This document shows, piece after piece, positions 24,661 to 35,900 of a stretch of DNA of 64,000 nt. A program made the translations under genes and the position numbers. The stretch lies in assembly GCF_000143415.4 (NCBI RefSeq), contig NW_003314284.1, positions 1,408,693 through 1,472,692 of the forward strand. Direction: 5' to 3'. Position 1 is the stretch's first letter, and every line of letters begins with the position of its first letter. The stretch comes from Selaginella moellendorffii. Its lineage: Eukaryota > Plantae > Lycopodiophyta. The notes below the pieces were generated by a model, which saw only the letters and a program-made list of their open reading frames with translations, searched no databases and was not told the DNA's origin.

Positions 24661-25568
24661 GGATGCATCTCGGTGTCCAGACCTTCCACTGCAGCAGCAC
24701 CCACGGGACGTTGCTGACGCCAAGGTCTCCACCTAGGAAATGGAGGTCGCCAATCCGGAAAACGACGGCAACGCCGATAAGTATGACCAACTTCATCACA
24801 CGCCCAGCAGCGAACATCACGGCCATGACCACGTCCTCACGCTTGTCCTTGGACTCGAGCAGCAGCAGCATCAACCTCCATTGGAACAGAACCATCACCC
24901 ATAGGAAGTGGAGCGGAAGGACGTGTAGCGAGAAGTGGAAGAGGCGACGTCTCATAACGTTGTGCCAAGCGAAGAGCATCGTCAAGGGTGGCAGGAGCAA
25001 GTGCATGCACAAGTCCGACAAGATCTTGACGAAGTGCTGGCCACAACATTCCTAGCTTGATCCGCTCCGACATATTTGGCTCCGCACGAAGCAAAAGACT
25101 TCAGAAACGAACGCCAAATTGCATCACTGACTCAGATGGCCCTTGGCGAAGACGATGCAATTGTTGGAAAGCATCATCACAATCATCGGCATGTCCGAAG
25201 GCGCGTTTAAAGACGTCCGGGAGAACACTCCAATCCCCACGAGTGGCTGCGCTCAAACCATTGTACCACTGCAATGCCGTCCCTTGGAGATACGTGGGAA
25301 ACTCACGCAAACGTCGAGCATCATCCCAAGAATGATATGTGGCAATCACCGTGAAGTGATCGAACCAATGGTACACATCATCCCCAGGATTCCCGCGAAA
25401 GAACTCCGGCCGAACGCGAGGATTAGCACCAAGAGCAGGAGGAGTTGTACCACGTGCCGTGAACGCCGCCATCAACTGAGTTTGGTTGTTCAATTGCAAG
25501 CGCATAGCATCAAGCAATTGTACCAACTGCTGCTCTAGAGTCAAAGGAGGAGATTGCGGATCTGCCAT
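24636..25568 (-). pseudogene. gag: gag with CCHC zinc knuckle, interrupted by two in-frame TGA
   Basis: One frame: MADPQ...LRQGPSESVMQFGVRF*SLL...VPMEVD...GQA*GRGHGRDVRCWACDEVGHTYRRC...SRE*. Internal stops at 25101-25103 and 24837-24839. Confidence 0.9.
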
Positions 25569-27599
25569 GAAGATGAACAAAAAAGAAAGAGCAAAAGAAG
25601 AGAGATGACAAAAAGCTAGAAGGAAATGGTAGATCTAGACAACGCAAAAAGCTAAATCTAAACCAAAAGAAAGAACAAAAGAAAGGAAATGGAAAAAGCT
25701 AGATCTAGACGATGCAAAAGCTAGATCTAAATCAAAATCCCAAATCCAAACACTCCTCAGGGACAATCAAAGGTACCCCTCATCTCCACCAATGTGAGTG
25801 CCTGGAATATGGAAAGGGAATACAGAAATGTGCATATCAATTAGCCCAAAAACCCTAGCTTATATACAGGAGCGAGTGGTCTGGATTGAAACCAATCCGA
25901 CGGCTACCAAAATCCACTACGCTAATATTAGTATACGGCATCGTAGCCGTACACTTGGCCCTCACAAAGCTATATTATTTTATTATGACTACTATTATAG
26001 CTGTCATATTTTGATTTGACTGCTTAATATTTCGAATACTTTTATAGTTGTAGATACTATTCCTTCATTAAAAAGATTTTTTAAGGTTCTTAAAAAGATG
26101 GGAAACAAGGAAAATATAAAATCTATGAATAAGAGTTGTAGTGCCAAGGAATGTGAAAATGCTAATTTATTTTCACTACCACAATCTCTATATTATACTC
26201 TTGGTCCTTATTACCTATTTAGGAATGTAGAGACCATTATCACGATTCATAAAAATGCTTTTGTTACTTCTGAAACAACAGTCTAGAACAAGAAAAATGA
26301 AGAAATGAACAGCACGGCAGAAAGCACCAAAAAATCTACTCTATAAAACTTTCTATAACATTTATAATTTACATATTAATTTATATTAAAAACTGTGTTG
26401 CCTGCCTATATCACAATCCTCTCATATGATAAGACCAAGGTATATTTTTGCAGTGAATCCTCATTAAAAGATTTTGGGAGTTGTTTGTGAATAATAATAA
26501 AAGAATCGAAATCTTTTGAAAGACTCAAAAGTAATATCACATCAAAGAATCAACTTTATCTACATTTCCAAGACTAAAAAACAATTTCACACAAGAGAAT
26601 GGTAGTGTGCCAATGTGCTCTGCCACTATAATATGGTTTATATTTCTTTGCAGTCTATTTCCTTAAACATTTGGCATATGTAAAAAAGAATATATGTAGT
26701 AAAGTAGAATTTCATCATAATGATAGAGCATGTGTATACATGATAATCTAAAATTCTAGAAGCTCTTATATATACAAGCAAGCTATGATTATGAAGCCCC
26801 ATTTCCAAGACTGACATTTAAAGAATCTAAGTATTGTCAATGTCATAATAAATAAACCTTATTCCCAAGACTAAAACTTAGTATATAAACTATTTAGAAA
26901 AATTATAGTCATCGTAGTTTTTTTGTTCTCCTTGAGCTCTTTGGAAGTTTGTATTGAAATGGCTCAAAGGAAAGTCGCTCCTACTCGTACTTAGGCCCCC
27001 AGCATTTTATATCAGTTTCCACCTCCATCCCCAAGTTCTACCAACATTCCACTTTCACATCCACATAATAATTCTTTTTCTATTGAGGACTTTAGTAAAG
27101 CTGAATTAGAGTTCTTTATATATAAAATTTCGAATCTTGCTACTAGAGAGGGATTGCCTCAAGTGTTTCAAGAGCAATGCCATATGTTTTTGCAAGATCT
27201 TGCTCCGGACATTGTAGGATTACTTGAAAGCACAAAACACTATTACATTTGGTCTCTAATATGCTATTTTTTTTTGGACAAGACAAATGGCTCTATGGGT
27301 TTACAAATTTTTCTTGAACACTGTAGCAATTGCTTAATGATGGGTCTAAAAAATGTGCATGTGTAGATGTATAATAGATTCAAGAATGAGTTACGAACAT
27401 ATACCTACTATCGCTTTATAGTGAGAAACAACATCCCCTTAAGAAACACTAGTGCAAAATATAAGGCTTTTAGGCCACTCTATAGTGGGGTCTAAAATTA
27501 CTTTATTATACTATAGTATTGTCACTATTAAAAGAAAAAATATAATAAAATGATATTAGTTATAGGTAACATACTTTGTTCTAGAAGGTGCTATCATAT

Positions 27600-30500
27600 C
27601 ATATACAATTGTTTACAAAATGTTGGAGGAGATGGCAACACACAAGTGCTACAAAGTGATAGTGACAGGTGAGAATGATAATTTGCAATTATGATATATG
27701 ACACTGACATCTGACACTTTCACAGACATTTGACATATAACAAATTTTTCATTTTATGTAAGGATGCAATTAACTTTCTTCTACCTCATCATCAACATAT
27801 TGATTTCTTTTATGTTTCCTCCTATATTAGTATTGTGGGGAAGATTCACCTTGTATTTATTAAGCCATGGCTTCTACATAGTCAAAGAGATTTCCAAAGC
27901 CTCCAATTCTAAAAACTTCAAGTGACTGTGATCTATAAAATAGAATTAAATATTTATTAAAATTTTAATAAACATAATTTACCCTTGAGGTTGGAGGCAT
28001 CTCACAAGATCCTCTGAGCCGGTGTTTGAAGAAATGATGTTCTTCAATAGCAAATACTAACTTACTAAAGTCACATGCTCCCTCTACTATAAATTCGCTA
28101 TTTATTGTGCAATCAATCATAGCACCATCTAGTGGGCAATAGAGCTCAAGCAAGACTTGCATTGTCGATGGAGTTCAAAATCGGTATCTTGGAAATGTGT
28201 TGTAGATTTGCTCATCCACAAGATTGGGTATGATGTTAGTGGAATTGTCATACCTGGGCAAAACACGTGCTACACGTTCGCTATTACAAAACCCATCTGC
28301 AGAAGGTATAATAAGTCCACATCATAACCTAGAAAATAAAAATGTTTAGAAATTAGATAAAAATATAAAATACATAATCACCTTTTCAAGCTTCCCTTCG
28401 ACACCCCTCATATCGATGCCAATAGGATCTATGATGCACCTAAAAGAGAATGACTTAAAATGAACTTCTACTGCACATGTTATAAGTTTATACATCCAGT
28501 TAGGGTTGTTCGGTATGATGAAGATGACATGGTCAACTTCGAGCATAAGTGTTTTAGACAAGAGGAATGCATCGTGCATGTGGTCAAGTGTGAGAAAGTT
28601 CCAATCCTCAACTTTCCCATTGATATTTGAAAGACCATTTAAAAAGTTGAAGAGAATGAAGTCCGCAACAGGGAGTAAGGGCCTTTGTATCTTTCAGCAC
28701 CAACGGTTGAACTGGCGCTATATATCTATGTTAATGTCGTTTTCCATAAAAGATGTCAACAATCTAATGTAGGAGCCAATAAAGATACTTACAATGCCTC
28801 GTTATGTTATTGGGGACACAAGACGAACCTAAGTGAATGAAAAAAGCAATAAATAATATAATACTGTCATATGGCATGTTGTTGATGAGAGTTCCTTCAA
28901 CTCCTCTTCACGCACATCTTATCAAGTTGGAATGAAATTACTACCAATAGTCATTGCTGCAAAAAACATGTATTACCACCTTTAGTTTGTAAAATTCACA
29001 TTTGCTTACCTTGAGGTTAATGTGATATTCTGTGAACCATTTGATCATCATTATTTACTGGTAGAACCTGATCCAGATCTTGGTTGTTTGATGGTTGAAT
29101 TGGAGCCTGATTCTAGCTGTCTGGTGGTGGAACATGAACTTGATCTAGAGTTTCCTCATCCTCATCTCTATCATCACTTGTATTGCCATTGTTGCTAGCA
29201 TTGATAACTTCCTCGTGATCTAGTGTAAAGGTTTCCTTCCCTAGGAGCTCCAACTCCCAAAGGCATTTTATTTTCTATGCCTTCGAAACTCTAGCAAACA
29301 TTGTTGGGTACATTCCTCCATCCCTTACACCCTTTGCAACAAGTTGAGTGCAAACTAGTGCCTCAAATGGCATGCCTCTATATCGAAGATACTTGTAAAC
29401 AATATATATTTAAAAAAAGTTTTAGAAATAATATTATACCTGTAAGCTGCATGTCACATAAAATAAGGCTGACCATGTTGGCAATTATAAATTATTGTGC
29501 TTGTATAATTCTCTGGCAGCCACCCTTCTTCGATCCCTTCTAACGATGTGTTGATGTAGGTGTCGAAAGACATGAATATGCCATCTAGATCGTCATTAAT
29601 GTGTGGTGCCAAGAACTTCTCACTTTCACTTATAGTTTTTGTGATGTAGATAGCCCTTCTCATCATGTTCTCAAATAGTTTTGGCAATCCTTTCTCTTTG
29701 TTCATCAAACAGACATTGAGGAACTCCAAAGTCTCTAATAATAGCTTCGATTTTGTGATATTGTAAATCATGTTATCTGGAGGTTTGTTCACTGCAAAAG
29801 TAACATATGCATAATTGAGAAAAATGAAGTGTGATAAAAAACTTACATTCATGAGAAGAAATTTCAGCTATAGTCTTTAGCCACTCCTTCGGCCTACAAT
29901 TGTTTGCAATGCATACTAATTTCTTCAACTTTGAAGACTCTACATGTTGAATTTTGTGCTCAATTTATACAAACTCAGCCGAGAGCTCTTCCCGACTCTT
30001 CTCTAGATATGCAAGTTCATAAGCATTTTGCTCGACCTTCACCAAAGACTAAAAACCAGAACAATTAAAAGAGGCCCTTATAAAATGAAAAGGAAAGACA
30101 TACCTTGCACCACACAGCGAGCATAAAATTGATTGGGTTGTTGAACCAAGTTGTACTGTCATTTCGAGTGCATGAGTGCTGAATAAATGTTGCAAGATCA
30201 CCATCATAATGTTGGCGGATGTTATCCTCACTCAAGTCTACCAAAAATCGAAGTTGCTCAATGTCATGGACAAAATTTTGCTTTTGAATAGCGAAGTACC
30301 CAAGCTTATATTTAAACACGACAAAACAAGTTAAAGTGGAGTTGGAAGTAAAATTATAAAATTTATACATTGATATTTTGGCAGGCCAAGATAAGTCTGT
30401 TGACATTTAAAGGTCCCCTCACGTAGTCATGGCCAACTGGAACATTGATATGGTAGATAGGATCATCGCAAAAATGATAATTGATACACTTTATCCAAGC

Positions 30501-31701
30501 CCTATATTGATGGTTACTGTTAATAATTTGGAACATTGTCCCTGCAAACTATTGAGTCTTAGGATGTTTGATAAGCATGTTATCAAATTCCAAGGACTTC
30601 CTCCTCCAAATAGGATCCTAACTATTCACAATCTCAGATGTGATGGTAATGATCTCTGTTGTTCCTAACTTGCAAAAAGAGACTAGAAACATACCAATAT
30701 TCATTGCAAAGCTATTTTGTTTGAACAAGTTATATATATCTGAGTTGACATACTTGGATGCTATGCGGAAAAGGTTCATCTACTACAAATGGCAAAAGGG
30801 GATTTCTCTGATCAAGTCATAAGGGCTTGGCCACTTGAGTGCATCAAGTGTTTGGTGAATTGTTTTTTCCTTTGTCCGTATAACAGTTTCTTGGAAGCGC
30901 TTATCCACTATATTGTTAGGAAGTTCTACAACTTTTTCAACTCCAGGCTATTCCTTAAGTTCCCTATCGTGAACACCACTAGATTGCCCAACTTTAGGGA
31001 TTTGTGCTAGTGATGGGCTAGTGAAGAGTAAAGGTGGAGGTGGCAGTGATGATGGTGGGGGTGGTGGTGGTGGCGGTGGGAGCGGAGGCAATAGTGGTAG
31101 TGGTGGTGGCAATGGTGGCAATGGCAGTGGTGATGATGGTGGTGGAGGTGGTGATGGTGGTGGTGGAGGTGGCAATGGTGGTGGTGGAGGTGGTGATGGC
31201 GGAGGTGATGGTGGTGTAGGCGGTGGATCTTTAAGTAAATGCGTCTTTGTTGATGTGCCAATGGACATGTCGATCGTGATGTCATTATCAGTGCCAAATT
31301 GAACTTCTTGTGTCTTCTTGGGTCGAACAACCTTTTTATATAGTACAATTTTCTTTTTTTGCAAGAAAAAAAATTTTGTTAGTCAAACTAAATAAAGATA
31401 ATAAGGAATTCAAATAGTCAAAGAGAAAAAAAAATCAAGTGGGCCCAAACTCCATCTCAAACACTTTAGTTGCCTAAGGGGCCAAGGTTATTCAAATAAC
31501 CTAGGCCTCTCCAACCCCTCTCAACTCGTGTTCACACTGGCACACTCCATCTCCTACACTCTCCCACACTCCATCTTTCCCACTCGCACGCTCAATCTCT
31601 CACACTCGTGCACTCCACACTCAATCTCTCAATCTCTTGCACACTCAATCCCTCGATCTCCTTCGTGCTCAATTCTTCGATCTCTCGTGCGCTCCACTCA
31701 T
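27600..31701 (-). pseudogene. Decayed multi-exon gene: RS/Pro-rich N-terminus, ParB/Srx-like domain, and beta-class amino (N6A/N4C) DNA methyltransferase-like domain
   Basis: One frame from 31364 to ~30370: ...EIPFCHL**MNLFR...GMFLVS...S*DPIW..KSLEFD..TMFQIINSNHQYRAW..CINYHFCDDPIYH (DGNHR-like). Later exons ADFILFNFLNGL...WN (motif IV-like, 28631-28666) and QVLLELYCPLDGAMIDCTINSEFIVEGACDFSKLVFAIE (motif I-like, ~28045-28160). Confidence 0.65.
31020..31230 (-). repeat. (CCA/CCN)n poly-proline coding low-complexity tract
   Basis: GGT-rich triplets on the + strand; translates to PPPTPPSPPP... in the frame that leads into the ParB-like domain. Confidence 0.9.
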
Positions 31702-32599
31702 GGTGCAAACAGTAACGTAATCTTGGCAGCTACCCTAACCCTAATCTTGATAGCTGCTCTAACCCTAACCAATTTCTCATCCTGGCTATTCATTCCGAAT
31801 AACCTAAATCTCAACCATCACAATATCTTTGATCTTATTTTATCTTATCAATATTATTATATGTGAATTATGGTTCTTTATTTTGTATATTTTAATGATG
31901 ATATAACTAGCACCTATCAACATTTCTGTTATTAGAGATATAATATTATTTTTTACAAATTATCTAGAAAGGATGCATTCTCATTAATATTTTGTACATA
32001 TTTTGGAATCACTATAAGAACTTTAAAGAGTATAAATAAGGCACATTAAAATATGCTGTACTATATCCATCTATGAATGGATGAATCCTCATCCAGAAAT
32101 TTATTTTGTGTTGTATTAGATCCTAAACAATAGGCATGTGCTTTAAATGTCATTGAGCTGTGTTCACAATTATGGATAAAACTTGAGTTGTACTACGAAT
32201 CAAATCTATCATTAAAGAATAAGGTTTGACAAGATTTATTATCATCTACCACTTACAATTTGATAACTTGACATATCACACGTGCTGACAGTCAGATTGG
32301 ATTTCTTGGTTTGACACGCTATAGCAAAATGTCATTACTAGTATTATTATTAACTATCAAACTTCACATGCTGAAAATCCTTTCTTGGATCTATATGTAT
32401 ACATGCATAAGATATCATAATAGATGATAGTAATATTAATACTGTTACACTTGCATATATTAAATTTTTTATAGAATTTAAATTCATTTTGTACGTTGCT
32501 GATATTCTTCTTATTGCTCTATTTAAATTTCAATTATGTTTCACTATAGATTTTTACAAGTAGCATAAAGAGAGAGAACTCCAAAACCTATTGAGAATG

Positions 32600-35500
32600 A
32601 TGGAGAGGTTTTTTTTTCATTTTCGAGATCACCCACCTCTTTCATTCTCTCAGAATATTGTTTATGAAAGTTTTTTATATCGGCATTTTGATCTTCATCT
32701 TGGCTTTATTTCTTCAGAGGCTATGATTCACAATGACACTGGTATAGTTGCATACTCAGAGTTTCTTCTTTTTGATGTAGGTGAGGGTGGACAACAATAA
32801 AATTTATAGAATTCCAAGTCAAAGGGTGTTTGAGTTTTTGGATATCCAGTCAAAGTGCCAAAATGCGTTTCAACCAAAGTGAATGTGAAGCAAGATTTAG
32901 TCGCTATCTTCTCATCCTCTTTTAGTTCAAGTGGAGAAGTCATGCTAATGTAGGTGCCGAATTCACTATCTTCAGCTTCAGTAATATTCAAAGTTGTTAG
33001 CAATACTTTCCAATTTTCACGCCTCTCAATCACACTTATTTTTGTATAAGCTTGTGAGCAAGCTTCCATCCTCCTACAATGGCAACATTTTCTTCGAGCT
33101 ACCACCTTTTGTTAGCATCATAGGTTCCAAACGAAAGGGGATGGAAACTAAGCAGGATGTCCACAATTGGTGTAATATCAAGACCACACACTTCCAATAT
33201 TTTGAAAGCATAGTGCTATAGTTCATTGTGGTAGGCATTTAGATTGCATGGATGAAGCATGCAATCAAGACCACTGTAGAAATTCTATATTTTTCAAAGG
33301 GTCTGTAATCAATCCTCCAATCTGTGACACCATTGCTATTGAATTTAAGTGTCGATTTTGTAAAAATGTTCCTCTATGTTGTGTTATCTATGAGGCCAAA
33401 ATGTACTACTTTCTTTCACGGGATGGAGTGGCTGGAAAAGCTGTAATGCATGTTGACACACATATGCATCTAATGTAGGAAGGGATACAAAGGAGTTTTC
33501 TCAACCGTTTCAAAGATGCTGTGTAGTAGGAGACTATAGAAAACTCATTTGCAACTTTGAAGCAAGTTCAAAAAACCGTTCTCAAAGATTTTATTGCAAA
33601 CACTTTACTCAATCCAGGTTACCAAAAGACTCAATTAAACGAAGCTAGCTTGCGGGATTTACTATGAGGAGTACAACCTGCTACTAGCCTAAGGATGTAC
33701 ATCTATTATATTTCATATGTTATAATAATATCTTTTTCTTACATTATATTGTTTAGGATAAAATCTTGGATATGTGAATCTCGAGAGGGGAAGTTACAAT
33801 AAAAAATTGACTCCATCCTTGAATTGAAATAAACTTGTCCATATGAGTTCATCCACGAAAGTTTGTTTCCAGACCAAGTTGTGAATAAGCAAAAGCACCT
33901 CTTCGTCTTCAAAATATCTACCATAGTCCCTGCCTCTGGTGTAGATCTTGTCTCCCAAATGGACATGTTTGGGTTGCAAATGCATAGGTACATTTTGACC
34001 ATATGAAGTGCGTATCGGATTGGACAACCATGGGAGCTCATGTGTATGATCCAAGGTAATTTTTATTCTCATTATATTGAAATTGTTATAATATTTATGA
34101 TTTCACAGGCTATGTTGTAACTTGACAATTGCGACAGCAGAGTTTAAAGTACAAGACTAGACAGCCTAGGAAATATTTTGGAAGTCCATCTCCAATATTG
34201 TCCTAAAGCAGATTGATAATCCTACAAACTTTCGTGGTTTCATGGCAAATAGGGTTGATGCAAACTAAAATGATGTTTGAGTAGTTTTTGGGAATGGTTA
34301 GCTATTGGAAGGTCATAAGAAGATTTGTGAGTTCCATTGGGCTCAAAGCCTAAACCAACACTACCACCTTATCAAACCAAAGTTTCAATCAATATTTAAA
34401 GGAGTTGTGCAAATAATGGTAGGTTGCACCTTTTAAAGAAGAGCATGAGGCAAAAGCAAACGAGATCTAAATGTGGTGGTGTGAAAATGGCCATATAAAC
34501 GTAAGTTGTCTATCACAACTTGAGTCATGGTTAGGAAGTTAAGATGTTCTAGTGAGGACATCACTCTTTTCAAATTGGTTTCTATTTTTTCTTCTCATTT
34601 TATTACCTTTTAGTATTGTTTTTTCCATTATGAACAACCATTTGAGAACCTCGCATACACCTTAACTATGAATCTCTCTGAAAGTAAACACTGAAGTTGG
34701 TGTTCCTCTGAGGTAGGGAAAAGGAAGATGAGTCTATACGAAGCTTGTCTATTAGATTTGATATGTGCTATAGAGCAATTTTCAAAAGCACTAGCATTCG
34801 AGGAAGAAAGATACATGGGAATAGAGCTTTCTGTTGAGATGTTACATGATAGGATGAAAAGAAAATTAACTCCACCCGCCTAAATAGTGGCAATTGCAAT
34901 TGAGGAAGTGGTCTGTAGCACATTTATAAAGTACACTTCTCGGGCTTTTATTAGTGATATGAAGATTGTCTACTTAAATTGTCGTTTTTCCTTTGCTTAT
35001 GGTATGGATCTTAAAGCGAAAAGCTTTCACAAGCTTGATTTTGAATACCATTCTTCTCCAAGACACTACTCTTAGACCAAGCCACCTTAAGTGGCTAATG
35101 AAGAGAGTGCATCACAATAGATTGAAATTATTTACCGTAGCATGGAGTCGAAGCAATGGGCAATCTAACACGTGTTAGCAAAATCAAATGTAAGGTGTGT
35201 GGGGATGTTTTCGAGGGGTAAGTGTTGAGCCTAGATTTGTGGTGACAAATCTACTTCTATTTCAGCCCCATATTTCTATAAAGAATGAAAGCATGCAGGA
35301 TTTTCGAGATAGTGCTGGTTGTATTGTTGCAACACTGACGCCAACCATATGAAGCAACTTGAAAACACTATAGTGACTAAATCTGATGTAGTACCTAAAG
35401 AATGGTTGGTTGTTAATAGGGTCGCACTCACCTCAGATGAGATTGAAAACCTTGAGAAATTTGGTTTCAATCTTGAGAGGAGAGTTGGAGACATGAGTGA

Positions 35501-35900
35501 TAGAACCAGGACTATTCCTACAAAGATGCACAATGCCAACAAGAAAAGATAAGGTAGTTAAATTTATTGATACCGTCTCCAAGCAGAAGCAGGGTAAAAT
35601 AAACTTGGCTCTCTTGAATGTGAGATTCTCTCCATGAAGTACATCACTACACTTGCAAATGAGTACATAGTCAAAACAAAAGGTGGAGAGTACACAATTG
35701 CCAAAAATAAAAGTAATAGATGAGACTAGGCTTGCACTTGATTTTCCCTAGGGGGTGAGGGGGTGGGGGGGTGAGTGTCATGAATGTGATTGTGGGTATT
35801 GAAAGTTATTTGTTGGCTAATCCTTTCATACAATCAATGGTATCTCACTGTGACCCATCATTTTTCAAAAATCCACAGGGCATCCTCTTTCAAGACTTTC
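32600..35900 (+). mobile_element. Decayed Mutator/MULE-type DDE transposase gene with an N-terminal GCM/WRKY-like Zn finger
   Basis: CGRHLDCMDEAC...FKCRFC...HVDTHMH (33230-33470); first D in VHFDHMKCVSDWTTMGAHVYDP (~33988-34053); second-D region GFMAN(D)RVDAN*N.V.VVFG (34236-34295); CEFHWAQS (34326-34349, CxxH); TMNLSESKH*SW (34665-34700, catalytic E). Many stops and several introns. Confidence 0.7.

Larger units (their letters stand above)
20966..25966 (-). mobile_element. Full-length young Ty3/gypsy LTR retrotransposon, non-chromoviral
   Basis: 174-bp LTRs 20966-21139 and 25793-25966 (TGTGAG..CTCACA, 2 differences). TSD AAGC. PBS TGGTGGAGATGAGGGGTA at 25791-25774. PPT GAGAGGAGGGGA next to the 3' LTR. 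Domain order PR-RT-RH-INT. Confidence 0.97.

Noticed and set aside
21505-25103. Stop-codon read-through or U-to-C editing to restore gag/pol
   Set aside because: C>T deamination explains all three stops more simply, and one lies in mid-capsid where read-through makes no sense.
31007-31348. Poly-His and poly-Gly ORFs
   Set aside because: Alternative frames of the poly-Pro tract; only the Pro frame continues into the ParB-like domain.
31730-31775. CCCTAA repeats as an interstitial telomere
   Set aside because: Only a few scattered units; more consistent with telo-box-like promoter/5' UTR motifs.
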